From Lytechinus pictus (lineage: Eukaryota): 64,000 bases of DNA. Below, piece by piece: positions 1 through 12,649 of this stretch. The notes beneath the pieces were generated by a model. It saw only the letters and a list, made by a program, of their open reading frames with translations, made no database searches and was not told where the DNA came from. Position 1 is the stretch's first letter. Each line of letters opens with the position of its first letter. The stretch is from the NCBI RefSeq assembly GCF_037042905.1, contig NC_087252.1:7504001-7568000 (forward strand). Reading direction: 5' to 3'. The translations under genes were made by a program, and so were the position numbers.

Positions 1-363
1 TTGTCACTATACTAGCACCTTAATCAATTTGCCCATCAAAAAAATCAAATTGCGTTTTAACATGTGTTTTTCCTTTATTCCGTATATTTGCAGCTAATCA
101 CCTTTGAAATATACATCTGTACCATTAAAAGTTCGTCTTGCTCTTTCTTGAGGAAAATAAAAATAAGCTAACATTGACAAAATCCATTTATGATAGGGTG
201 ACGATGGAAGAGTAGAAAAGATACGCAAAAATGTTGGACATAATAAAGTGCCCTATATAGAGTTTAACAATTACGGAATAAAGCAATATTGCGAAGGAGG
301 AAAATTGAGAAACAACATAAAAATACAGCATAAAGTGAAAGTTCATGAATAAATAAAATCATG
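1..363 (+). repeat. ~360-bp direct repeat, copy 1 (copy 2 at 1419-1779); degenerate ~70-bp subrepeats between them
   Basis: ttgtcactatacta..gttcatgaat..aaaatcatg recurs at 1419-1779 with scattered mismatches; gctttattccgta..gtcactctatac motif repeated over ~700-1130. Confidence 0.85.
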
Positions 364-1418
364 AACAGATGAAAAAAAGAAAAAAAAAGACACAGAGACA
401 CGTAATAAAGCAATATACACCATAAAGAATGAAGACTATAAACAAATATAACAAATTTATTTATTTATTTAAATATCTTTATACAGGATAACAAGCTCAG
501 ATTCACTGTTTTTAAACATGGTCCTGTTAAAATGAAATAACAATATATACAAAAAGATAAAAGTGTAACTTAGGTTCTATATACAAATAGTGAATAAATC
601 CGATATCAATAACATTAAAATCAGAATCATCACTAGTAAAACAATTGTATAAAAATAACATATTCAATTTTTGAGGAATCAATTAAATGAGAACATTTCT
701 CTCTTGCTTTATTCCATATTTCAAGAGATTTGGGCCTGTATACTAGCAACTTAATATGCCCACCAACTTTTCTATATTGCTTTATTCCGTATATTTATGA
801 AGTTTGTCACTCTATACTAGCACCTTAATATACCCACAGAAAATTAAATTGTGTTCAAAATTTTCTATATCGCTTTATTCCGTATTTTGATAAGTTTGTC
901 ACTTTATACCAGCACCTTAATATGCCAACATTTCTGTATTGCTTTATTCTGTATATTTGTTATGCAGTCACTCTATACTGCATCAAATTGATACGGACTA
1001 AAGCAATAGAGAATTAAGAATCTTGGCTCGATCATTCATTAGTACTTTATGCCCACAAACTTTTCTTTATTACTTTATTCCGTGTTTTGGTGAAGCTTAA
1101 TTGTCACTCTTTATTAGCACCTAAATAATTATGCCCCCCCCCCAAAAAAAAAAAAATAATCTATTATTGCGTTTCAACTTTACTATATCGGTTTTTACGT
1201 ATTTTGTTGAAGATTTTATACTCTCACCCGAATATGCCTCCCATTTTTGTTGCCTTATATACTTTTCCTTCGCTCTACCCCCCGCCCAGACAGACATTTC
1301 AAACCCAGAACACCACTTTTCCCGCCCTCCGGTCAATAGTAATTATTAGAATCTCGGTTGATTCGTCGCTATGCTCACCAAGTTTTCTCTATAAGCTTTA
1401 TCCCGTATTTAGTGAAGT

Positions 1419-1779
1419 TTGTCACTATACTAACACCTTAATCAATTTGCCCATCAAAAAAATCAAATTGCGTTTTAACATATGTTTTTCCTTTATTCCG
1501 TATTTGTAGCTAATCACCTTTGGAATATACATCTGTATCATTAATAGTCCGTCTTGCTCTTTCTTGCGGAAAATAAAAATAAGCTAACATTGACAAAATC
1601 CATTTATGATAGGGTGACGATGGAAGAGTAGAAAAGATACGCAAAAATGTTGGACATAATAAAATGCCCTATATAGAATTTAACAATTACGGAATAAAGC
1701 AATAACGCGAAGGAGGAAAATTGAGAAACAACATAAAAATACAGCATAAAGTGAAAGTTCATGAATATATAAAATCATG
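1419..1779 (+). repeat. ~360-bp direct repeat, copy 2
   Basis: Colinear with 1-363. Confidence 0.85.
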
Positions 1780-2631
1780 CATAAAAGTTTATGCATTATG
1801 TGCGAGATGCGGCAAGACACATCTTGATGTCAGTGGGGCACGATTGACTTTTTGAGGGCGCAACTTTTCGCAGAGGATTAGAGTGAGGATTGTTTGAGAG
1901 GATTAGAGTGAAGAAAGAAAGGATAAATGAGAGAGAGATGATTGATGAGCTTGCCGGGCGAAAAAAAAATGAGGAAATTTGTTGACTTGGAATATTTTGG
2001 CGGAAGGAGTGAAGGAGGTTAAAATTCAATATAACGGGGCATTTATATATAACCAAGAAGGATAACGCAAAAGTGAGTATATGAAATTATTTACAATTTC
2101 TTGTGCATACTTTTTTTTTCAATTTTGCCGTGCCTACCAAAATGCCACATTTATTTGAAAATATCCGAGAAGATCGTATATTGGCGGACCGATAGCGACA
2201 TGATGTTTGCTGTAGAGGGGATAACTTGGGAGTTTAGAATGAAAAAAAGGAAGCTATATATATGTTAAAATAAAGTTTTAGGCCTACACGCCCACTACGA
2301 ACATCAAGTGCAAACTAGTTGCGTGAGTTTTTTGTTCCATGTTTAGGCCCCCTGTTGCCTAAACAGAGAAAAGTTCCGGGTGTTATTTCAGGTGACTCAA
2401 TATACTCAATAGTAAACGCACATCGTTTTAAAATACATAGCGATAATATAAACGAAGTGAAAAAAATAACAAAATCCTGTTTGGAATTATTGGTACCATT
2501 ATCTATAGCCCCTGGATCCTTAAATATATATATTTTCTAATTAATTAAATCACGGATCGTTGATTCCCTGGCCTGCTAACTGCCGCCGGGGAAACCTCCG
2601 TACGACTTGAGCGCTAAACCAGTTTCGGCTG

Positions 2632-2710
2632 TCAGCTCATCTCATGTGGCGTGCTGACTACGATGCTGGACTGCAGATCAAAAGGTTCGAGTTCGATTCC
2701 CATCAAGGAC
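2632..2710 (+). pseudogene. tRNA-derived (Cys-like) relic / SINE head
   Basis: ggactgcagatc anticodon-arm-like (GCA) segment and B-box-like gttcgattcc; acceptor stem not intact. Confidence 0.45.
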
Positions 2711-3185
2711 AGAAAAAATAAGGTTAGTAAAACAGTGTTATGTAATATGATATGAAATGAAATGTACAGTATGATGAATAAATTGGATGGAATGAATGAA
2801 TGAGGAATAAATCCACCCACCATGTATCACACAAAAAGAAAACGAAAATACGATGCACATAGTATGATAGTATTTTATTGAAAACCCGCCGATTTCATAT
2901 ATTTTAGTGCCCCTTCACCCCCCCCCCATCACTAATCCCCGCCCCTCTCTCGCACAGCTGAAATACCCATTAACACGCCACTTCACTGAACGCCGATATC
3001 CCGCTGACTGAGCTTTGTTATTGTGCGGTCATGTGTGACACCGGTCGCACATGCTCTTACGCACGTCTAGCGATAAGAATTTTCACTGGGCTGAGCAGTT
3101 TTAATGGCGCTTGGGCACAATAGCGAATTTGGCCAAAAAATATCGGTTTATCACAGAGTCCTCTCAATCAATTCAAGGGCAAGGC

Positions 3186-3713
3186 TAACCCAGAGAGCTC
3201 CCGCCCGCTGCGCGGGCGGGAGCCCAGAAGCTCACAGTGTATTCTACCATTGCCACCGAACAAGGGTGATTTATGGTCTAAATATTTCTCCAAATGAATT
3301 GTGAAAACAAAAAGTGTACAATTACCACGATTATATGGATGAAGGTCTAGCGAGTGGCAGATTCCTGACATCTGAGCACAGTCTGGAACCTCAAAAAAAC
3401 CAAAAGTTCTCTCCTTCTACCCAGTCTCGATCGGCCGTTTTGTTACGATTTTTAACAAAAATGGCCGATCGAGACGGGGTAGAAGCAGAGAACTTTTCGT
3501 TTTTTTGAGGTTCCAGACTGTGCTCAGATGTCAGGAATCTGCCACTCGCTAGACCTTCATCCATATAATCGTGGTAATTGTACACTTTTTGTTTTCACAA
3601 TTCATTTGGAGAAATATTTAGACCATAAATCACCCTTGTCCGGTGGCAATGGTAGAATACACTGTGAGCTTCTGGGCTCCCGCCCGCTGCGCGGACGGGA
3701 GCTCTCTGGGTTA
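3186..3713. mobile_element. Palindromic (foldback) non-autonomous DNA transposon with 9-bp TSD (AcademH- or MULE-like)
   Basis: Whole element is a near-perfect inverted repeat, TAACCC...GGGTTA, centred at ~3449; flanked by gggcaaggc at 3177-3185 and 3714-3722. Confidence 0.9.
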
Positions 3714-4647
3714 GGGCAAGGCTAATGAATGTTAGTTTGATATGATTTTTTGCGATGAAACCATTTAATGAGTGTGCGTGAGGCGGGATCTCATTCTCAA
3801 TGAGTCTCCCCTCGAGACGAACGAAATAAAGTAAGCCAATGTCACTGAAAGATATTTTAAAGGACTGTTACAACCGCTTAACCGCGAGTTTTCCGTCTTC
3901 ACAGCTCTCTGTGTCTGTGACCGAGTCTGTGTCCATCGAGCTCGGGTCTAGATCTACATCATGTACATCGCATCGACCTCTGTTGAGCTCCGCCGCGCCG
4001 CCGAGGCTGGTGGAGCAGCTTGCAGAGCTCCTTGACCAGCCGCAACAGCAAGAGCGCACTGCATAAAAATAACTAAAGCTCAATCTGTGTGGTGATGGCA
4101 TTTTGCCGACGTATTTTATGACATACAAATATTATTAAAAGGTCAAAAGTAAATTATAATAAAAGATTAAAATTTGTTTTCATATACCACGTCAAAATAT
4201 TCACAATAACTCACCCCTTACACCCTTATTTGATGTTGAAAAGTGACAATTTTATTGTCTTCAATCACAAAGAAACTCTTCACTCTTCAGCAGCAGCAAT
4301 CGTAAGGTATCTTGCATGATACAAAATAAAGCAAGGATTTTCTCCAATTTTGCTGCAGATTTTGTCGTTGATTATAAACTCTTCCAATCAATTTCACTCT
4401 CTGACAATTAATCGAGAATTTCTGTTGTTGCTTCCATTCTTCTCCCCCTCTCTCTCATGACTTCCTATTTCTCCACTTTCATCAATCATTTCTCTCACAC
4501 AATTTGGGCTGCCATCTCTCGCTGCTCCCAATCTCTATCTTCAAGTTCCTTTCATTTCCAAAACTAATTGACCCCCTATCATTATCCCTCTTTCATTCAG
4601 CCTTCCCCATCGACCTCTCTTCACTTCTTCCTTTATGTGGATGGGTG

Positions 4648-4858
4648 CACTAGCGTACCTACGGGGAGGGGGGGGGGGCAGACTGCCCACCCCCCTGACA
4701 CGAGTCTTAAAGACCTTCTTTTTTTTTCTGCTTGTCAATTTTTTTTCTGGTACAAACTCCTTGATTTGTGGTTGAAGACCTTTTTTTTTTGCTTGTCAAA
4801 TTTGTTGGCGGACAAATTTGCCCCCCCCCCCCTGTAGAAAATCCTAGGTACGCCACTG
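4648..4858. mobile_element. hAT-type MITE
   Basis: TIR cactagcgtacct / aggtacgccactg; 8-bp TSD gatgggtg at 4640-4647 and 4859-4866. Confidence 0.85.
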
Positions 4859-5827
4859 GATGGGTGTGTCTCTCTCCCTCTTTTTCTTTCTCTCCCTCTC
4901 ATTCATTCATTCACCTCCTCCCCCCATTCCCAGCTTTGAAATCTCCCATTTCTTCTTAAATCTACTTTTTAAAATCTCTCTACAACTCTTCTACAATTAT
5001 ACACAAAATGTATTCAAATTTCATTATCTTATCACAGGGTCATGGGTCCATAGCTATAGAGCGGGTCCATAAGGCTGAGGGCTCATGAGGCCAATTAATT
5101 TTGTCATATTTTCTTTTATTGGCAAGGTGTTTTAACAAATTGAAGACTTCCCGTCGACCCAATATTCTTTAATGTAATCTAAAATATTCCCTGGGCTATT
5201 TGACTAAGTTGCAGTTAATTACAATTAATGAGAACAAAAAAAATAGGGTTATAGAACCTCAGCATCACCGGAAGACCCTATTAATGGAGGGACACTATTA
5301 GAATTTCCATTTAGAAAGATTTAAGATTCATCTGAAAATTAGTAGATTCTCTATTCCTTCAAAATTTCAAGATCTGCTTGCCTTTTTCATATGAAACTTT
5401 TTCACTTTTTAGTAGAAATTCTATGAAGAGCCCCTCTCTTAATATATTCATTTAAATTGGAGATTGTTTTGGGAGTGTAGCTAACAGCAAGGCTACAACA
5501 CAATTACTCATTCTCTCACTCAACTTTCCTGCTAGCTTCCCCTCTCTTCATTAATGCCCAGATATCCTTACAATCTCCTCAATTTCAAAGAGATACCTAA
5601 AGACAGGCAGCGTAACTTTATAGAACTTCTTCTAGAAAATGAAAAATTGTTTATCAAAAAGACAAAACTGACAAGTCTTCACATTCAAGTGAATAAAATT
5701 AATTTTGACACGAATCTTCCATTTTCTAAATAGAAATTCTATTCAGTGTCTCTCCATTAATTCCCCTATATTAATCTAGCTGGTAATGAAACTTGAATAG
5801 ATTGAGTGCTATAATATAGAGTAGGAG

Positions 5828-5863
5828 CATGGACCCTACTACGAGGTTGTCGTAGGGTCCATG
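5828..5863. mobile_element. 36-bp hairpin insertion, CATGG...CCATG, with 7-bp TSD
   Basis: catggaccctac/gtagggtccatg arms; gtaggag at 5821-5827 and 5864-5870. Confidence 0.7.
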
Positions 5864-6400
5864 GTAGGAGCACTGTAGATAAATAGAGATGGATATTTAA
5901 GAGCTTTGAATAATTGAAGTCATTTAAATAGATAGAACTGGTTTATTGGACAAAATCTGTTTTTAAATGAAATTTTTATTAACATGCTCCTCTGATATAA
6001 GGTACATTGTTTTATTGTTGCAGGTTCATAGTCTCTCACACTCACTCATTGTTTTTTCATCCTCTGTCAATTTTTTGTGACAAGTGACCCCATCCACAGA
6101 ATCAATCACAGGTAAAGTACAAGTAAAATATTTATTATAATACTGAACACTATAATCAGTTTACAACATATAAATAAAAATTTGGCACAATGTTATAATA
6201 ATTTTTCACATAAATATTGCACAGAAAATGTGAAATATATATAGTATTAGTAATTAAACCTCTGAAAAAATTGGCAAGTTTTAGAGACATCTTTTTGGGT
6301 GCTCACTGCTTAACAAGGAAAAGTAAACTCAAGCTAGTAAACATAATTTTCTTATTCAATGAGGTGCTATCTTATATTTTATGTGATTATGTACATTAAC

Positions 6401-6420
6401 CATGGAGCTATAGCTCCATG
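6401..6420. mobile_element. 20-bp perfect palindrome insertion, CATGG...CCATG, with ~7-bp TSD
   Basis: catggagctatagctccatg flanked by cattaac / tattaac. Confidence 0.6.
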
Positions 6421-6768
6421 TATTAACCATGGAATTTGCAGTTAAAGCCTTACAACAGACAACAAAACCATAATCTCAACATCTGTTCTTAAAATTTTGT
6501 TTAAATGCCAAGGTTGAATATTATTCCATGCATCTTCAATCCATGATGTAATGAGACTATATCGAGTTTGGAATTTCATGACTTAGAACACCAAATAAAC
6601 CGTCTGCCCTAAAATTCATTTAGTTTACATTGTAGCATATTGTAAAGCACAACTACATGATTAAATATTAAAGCATAACAAATAATTTATTGTAAAGAAA
6701 TTATAAAAAAGAATACATTCTCATGATACCATATTTACATACGATGGAGCAATGCCCAACTTATGACA

Positions 6769-6889
6769 GGGGACCTGTCAACACAGAGCTTAGTAATTGA
6801 TCACCGGCTGATTTTTATGATTGATCACACACAATAATAATCAATGCAATCAATCGTAGAAAACAATTGTTAAGCTTTATTATGGGGCC
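6769..6889. mobile_element. Degenerate short MITE (similar to 48484-48613)
   Basis: Imperfect termini ggggacctgtcaacacagagctt / aagctttattatggggcc and an internal gattgat..atcaatc inverted motif. Confidence 0.45.
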
Positions 6890-7227
6890 TACATGTAGTT
6901 GTACAAAACACTGCCCACCCTGTGTGGTAAATCCTGGGGAAATTACCCCATGTTTTATTACATTGCTTGCAAGCATGATAGTTTTCACCCAATATCATTA
7001 GAGTGTTGATTTCCACTTTATCCTGCTCAAAGATATTTTACTACAATTTTTTTCAGCCCATGAAAAACCACGTAGCACAAAGGTCTGTTAGGCAATTACA
7101 CTTGAAGCAGATATGAATATGATGTTTTGGCCCTTCTTTCTTGACTGCTCGTGAGTTTGATTACCTACAAGATCGTAGTCAATGCATGACTCTGGGAGAT
7201 GCAATGTCACAGCCAAGAAATATCCGA

Positions 7228-8430
7228 TTAGGAATACAACAGGGATCAATCCTTGGGCCCCAATTGTTCTCACTCTATGTGAATACCTTATACCAAGTTC
7301 GATAAAGAATGGGAAAGTAATGATGTATGCTGATGATACAATGATTCTTTTCAGTGGTTCATCAGCAATAACGGAAATCCAAGCATGCCTAAATGAAGAC
7401 TTGTATCACGTAAATTTCTGGTTGAAAGAGAATAGACCTGTTTTGAACACAACTAAAACTTAATATATGATAATGGGAACACCTTAGAAGTTGGGTAATA
7501 TTCACAAATCTTTTGAACTTAGTGTAGAAAACACTATACTGGAAAGAGTAACCTCCTGTAAATATCTTGGTGTATTAATAATAATAATATTCCGCATTTA
7601 TATAGCACTTAACACATCGGAACGACGTCTCTAAGCGCTTTACAGATATATTATTACCCCGGTCATTGGATCCTTGCATGCCCGCATACAGTGTATTCCT
7701 AGATCAATCCCTAGTAGTATGGAATAATCATTTAGATTACACTAACAAGATAGGATCTAAGATATCACTTCTCAGTAGGCTTCGGACTTTCCTTACTCAA
7801 ACATGCTCTAAAATACTTACCAATGCACTTATTATGCCACATTTTGACTACTGTAGTCTGACTTGGTCCAATTGTAATTTGAATGTAAAAGACGCAATTG
7901 TCAAACAACAAAAAAGAATGGCTCGAATTATCTTACAAGTTGATACTAGGACCCCAACTGTTAGGATGGGTTTCAATAGAGATGGAAATTCCAAATAATC
8001 AAACTTGTTTACAATGCCCTAAATGGCAGCTGCCCACAATATATTTCAGATTTGTTCATCCAATTATCAAACACCCACTCATACCGTACTAGAAATGCTG
8101 ATAGTTATGGGATCAATACAAAAGTGTAAAACAGAGAAGGGAAAGAAAAGGATTTCAGTACACAGTTCAATTCTGTGGAATATTCCATCTGCAGTAAGGG
8201 CGGGAACCTTGCAATCATTTATTTCATCCTAGTGGAGAAACCCTAGATCTCAACCCAGGTTATAAGACACAACTCGCTAAACTTTATTCTGTTTGTATCG
8301 TTTTATTTTGCTGTCCTATTTTTTTCTTTTGTATGTTTAAATGTAGCAGGGCCCTCTGGGAGAAAGTGTATGTCACTGATGAGGCTACCCTGGATAAATA
8401 AGACTTTATGATAATAATAATATATAATAA
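7228..8430 (+). mobile_element. 5'-truncated L2/CR1-clade LINE, reverse transcriptase pseudogene
   Basis: Frameshifted translation: GIQQGSILGP, MYADDT, LNTTKT, KYLGV, LIMPHFDYCS, QKRMARII; 3' end has aataaa and an (ATA)n tail at ~8396-8430. Confidence 0.9.
7577..7690 (-). mobile_element. Truncated SINE 3' end inserted into the LINE RT
   Basis: (AAT)n tail at left; 7-bp TSD gtgtatt at 7570-7576 and 7691-7697 splits KYLGV|FLDQSL; resembles tails of SINEs at 48115 and 50781. Confidence 0.75.
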
Positions 8431-8441
8431 TACCTTTGGCC

Positions 8442-9197
8442 ATGGACAGCCAATTCCATCTAGACTTTCTGGAGGGTCGTCTTGGGAAGAAGGGCTGGGG
8501 ATGAGTCGAGTCGACATGGGGCAGGGAGCCTCGGGTCCCAGTCCGTCTAACTGGGGTTGTAGCGAATTTCTGCGATCCCCGGTGGTACAAGAACATCGTG
8601 TTTCCCGAGGGGCGCAACTGGAAAGTTTCGGTGGGGGGTACTCCCCCGCTTCACCTCTAAGTTTGAAGAATTGGACTTAGACGCCCTGGGCCGACTGGCC
8701 TGTGACTCTAAGATGAGCGCTCTCTGGGAAATCGACTTGGATCACTCCCTTCCGCCTAAGACCTGGTCCAAGCAGCTGCTGGTCTTTACAACCATCCTGG
8801 GGCAGGTCGGGGCTACTGGTAAGGTCCTCGTATTACACCTACGGGGACAAGATGGACATACTTCCGATGCCCCTTCCCGGATTTCCCGTGAGGCGACTGG
8901 GATGAGGGTTAACAGGCATCAGAGGATACATATCCACTGCTGCACCCTCGGACCTCGGGAGGTGGAGGTTTGGGGAAGCATTTCACTGGGGAGCAGATAA
9001 GCACCTTGAGGAAGGTCCCTCTGGATAGGCTGCTGTTGGTGACGGATTCTCCGTATCTCCCTATCAAGGATGTCAAAGTCATGACCCCAGCGTACATTGG
9101 GGAGGTGGGCCAGTGTGTCACCTCAGCACGGCGGATGAAGTTCCTTACCCTCATGGAGTAAGCTAGGGTTAACCATCTGGCGCTTAGCGAGGAATAA
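8442..9197 (+). pseudogene. tatD: TatD-family (TATDN2-like) nuclease pseudogene, intronless, frameshifted
   Basis: Motifs in order across frames: MDSQFHLD, GVVANFCDP, EIDLDH, VLVLHLRG, RIHIHCC, DRLLLVTDSPYL, TPAYIGEV. Confidence 0.85.
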
Positions 9198-9737
9198 ATG
9201 GAGATTTGTATATTATGTGTTTTGTATCTTTCTGTATGGCAGGAGACCAGTTGAGTCGCCTCCTTTCTGTGTCTGTTTTTTCTTGTTTTGTTTTTGTCTC
9301 TTTTTGTACATAAGCCATATTGCGTCAGGGTTCCCTTTTGGAGGGGAGTATTTTTAAATGGCCATTTAATTTAATGGCAGCGCTGACGCCCCCTTCCTGC
9401 AACTGGGGGACCTAGGTTGGACACTGGTGAGCCAGTCCCCCAACCGAACGGGGATGCAATGTACCGCACAGCCCTGGTAAGAGGGTGCCTTGACAGGGGA
9501 GGCCCAGCAGGCAGCCGACTGCTATGGGAAAGTGGAGCTTTTGTGAAGGGGGGGACCCTCCTGGGATATGGGTTTTTAATATGGTTATATACCTTTGTAT
9601 TTTTATGTTTTGGTTGGGTTTTTATAGTAGCTAAGTTGTTAGGTGTTGGTTTTATGTTCAAAGTTTGAACATTGTTGCACAAGTCTTAGCGCAGTTGTGC
9701 TGAACGTTTTTGACAGTTTTGAAGTTGTTTCAAAAGT

Positions 9738-9836
9738 TGTGTGACAGGTTTGATGAATGGTACCATGGTAATTGCATAACTGACTGAAGCAGATAGCCTG
9801 CACATAGACATATAATTTTGCCTCTTCTGTAGGAAG
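9738..9836 (+). pseudogene. PHD-finger relic (C-terminal half)
   Basis: CDRFDEWYHGNCI, then after a frameshift TEADSLHIDI*FCLFC; fits CDxCxEWYHGxC...CxxC. Confidence 0.55.
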
Positions 9837-11839
9837 AAATAACCGATTCAGTCAAGAGAAGAGGGCAAAATCTGTTTTTTTTTCTCATCCACAGGATCAC
9901 CATGGCACAATCCTGTGAAGAGATGGAGGGCAAGGAGGAAATTGTTTCATTCCCCTAGCTCTGGGGAGGAGGTGTATTAAAGGAGAGGAAGCCCCCAACA
10001 AGCCCCCCCCCCCCCCCCCCCCACTGAGGCTGACAATTCTTTAAACTCTGCCTCAAAAAAAAAAAAGAACATCGGTGAGGCGCCAGAGGAGGAAGAGGAA
10101 GGCTGCAAAGATGAGGGCCATCTCACATGTGCCCCAATCTTTTACCTCTCCTCCCTCATGTAAAAGCAGGGAGGACCAACATTATTGTGCCTCCTACACC
10201 ATTTACAGGATTATGCACAGGTAACACCCTCCAGAATCTCATTGCCTTTTAGTGGTGGCACACCGACTGTTGGTAGCGTTGCTGACACTATGTCAATTAC
10301 CTTTCACCACTCTGTAGTCAATACACATTTCCACCATGATAGATTATGCAAAAAAGGAGAGAAATAATGGAGAAATCCATCAGCCTAAGCAACCTGTCGA
10401 CTTGGTTGGAGGAGTATTGAATTATTGCGTCCCAGAGCATGTATTTCCTTTATGTGCATGATTGTAGGAAGCGGAAGTGTTAGACGTTGTCAGACCAGGC
10501 AGACCATCCTGTACATCCCCAGAATTTGTTGACGAGTTGGTCAGGCTGCAGGCTGGACACAATAAATAAAAGTTAGCGATGGGTATGAAGAAAGTTACAA
10601 GTTCAACTGTGAGATTTATAAAAGAGAGTATTAAATAATGGCAGTTTTTTTTCTCTCATTACTGATGAGCAATTGGTTGATGACTTTCTCATTACCTTGC
10701 CTCTAAAGTTACCAGTTCAACAGTGAAAGGTAAGGGGAGAACGAAAAACAATTTGGAAGCTCTTACCCCAAAAATCAAAGGAATAAAAAAATAGAAACAT
10801 TTTGGAAAATAAATTCTCAAAAAAGTGTTTTTTTTACATGGTTTGGACAATATGGAAGCTTCCCCTCCCCCCAAAAAAGGATCGATACGTAATGCAGATA
10901 TCCAGAAGATGGCAGAAGAGGACCATCAAGACCCAAGACAGTATGACATCATGGTGGCCCTCACCCTTCTTGCCCATCAAGAAATGGCAATTTAAAAAAA
11001 TCTAATTACGGATGAGCAACTTGCTGATGACATTCTCATTACCTTGCCCCTGAAGAAAGTTTCCAGTTCAATGGTGAGGTAAGGGAAGAACAAGAATAGG
11101 TGGTGAAAAACTGAAATAGTGATATGTGATGATAAGACATATCTCACATATTCAATATTATATCAATACTTCTACAGGAAGTATACCAACTCCAACTTTC
11201 TTAGGAAAGTATTACTCATTCTTCTTCCAGCTAAACTTTTGACGCACACACATTTTATGGGTTTCTTATTCACTACATTTCATGTTCTCCCTAAAAGGTC
11301 AACTCCCCCAATTCAGAGTATAAAGTTATGACGTACAGATTGTTTTGGTCAAGCGTCCAAGGTTGACCAACACCTGTTTGGTTGTAAAGAGTCTTGAACA
11401 GACCAATGTAAAAGGGGTCCACTTCTGAACCCAAATCGGATTACTTTAGAGATTGTTCCAGCATACAGATAGATTAGAGATTGGAGTTTAGAGCTACAGA
11501 AAAGTATACTACATCAGTTTGCAGCATTTATATTATCTTCATCTGCAGAGTATAGTCACCATCAGACTTACTCATGTATTTGTCATTATCATCAAGTAAT
11601 CATCTTTAATTAATAAATGTATATATGAACTTTACATCCTGCATCGACTCGTCTCATTTCAAGTCTGGTTGAAAATAAAAGAGCATTAGATCCAACGACA
11701 ACACAACATAGCATGCCTTTAGAGAAACAACCATCCAACTATAGGGAAAAACTTTTTTTCAATAAAAAGCCTGTAATAAAATATTCACATACTTGTTACC
11801 TTCTTCAAAGGAATCGCATAATTGTAAATGAGTTCTCAA

Positions 11840-12130
11840 TTTCATTATTATTTTTAACCAGTATGGTGGTTAGGAGATTCAAAATTAGGGGTGATTGTCC
11901 AAAGTGATGTGGAGGTACCAATAGGGTTGTACTACCTAAACATTTTAACGTCCACACCCGGAGAGAGATGTTTCCACATTCGAAGAAACTTGAGGAGTAC
12001 TCCTGCCGCCAAAAGATGATCCCAATGATTATAGTCATTCAGGCTGGCACCAACCATGTTTCTTCCAGAATGGAAAAAATAGACTCAAGTGAATTCAGAG
12101 ATCTTATAACAAGTGCAAAGAGCATAACAC
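11840..12130 (+). pseudogene. SGNH/GDSL esterase-like relic (as in some LINE ORF1 proteins)
   Basis: IIVIQAGTNHV (block III GxND-like) followed by FRDLITSAKSITP; upstream LTSMVVR may be degenerate block I. Confidence 0.45.
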
Positions 12131-12649
12131 CATGGGAACATTTAAAAAAAAATGCAAAAGCAGGGGTTTCTATGACAAGGTGGGTGGCTCAATTGGCTGC
12201 ATTTGACAGCCAAGGAAGTCCCTTGACTCCCCCCTCATCTTCATCTTGAAGATCAAGCAAAAACCAAATGGCCCTTTTCAGGACCCCCATTTCTACTCCG
12301 CCTTCCATGTTGGTGATGCAACATTTCATAGCCGACTATGAATTCCAAACATGAAGTACTGCTTGTATGTCTTTTTCGAAGAGGGAACCAGTGAGATTGG
12401 GGCAACAAACCTCATAGATCTGGAATACCTGGAGTATAATCATGCTGATAACTTAAACAACGATGATTGGGATTTCAATTGTCAGTTCCTTGTGAATTGG
12501 ATCACCAAACATGGAAAATCAAGTCAACAACCATCCAAAGAAAGAGACAAAAAAGAGTATGGGGAAAGGTTTTTGTAAAAACCAAGAAAACATGCCATCC
12601 GGGCATCAATTGTCAAAATGTTCAAAGGGTGAATATCTCAGAGGACTTT

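Noticed and set aside
3104..3725. Mirror-image ORF pairs (MYNYHDY..., MSGICHS...)
   Set aside because: Artefacts of the palindrome
3839..4128. GC-rich ORFs next to the palindrome
   Set aside because: No recognisable domain or convincing splice structure; left uncalled
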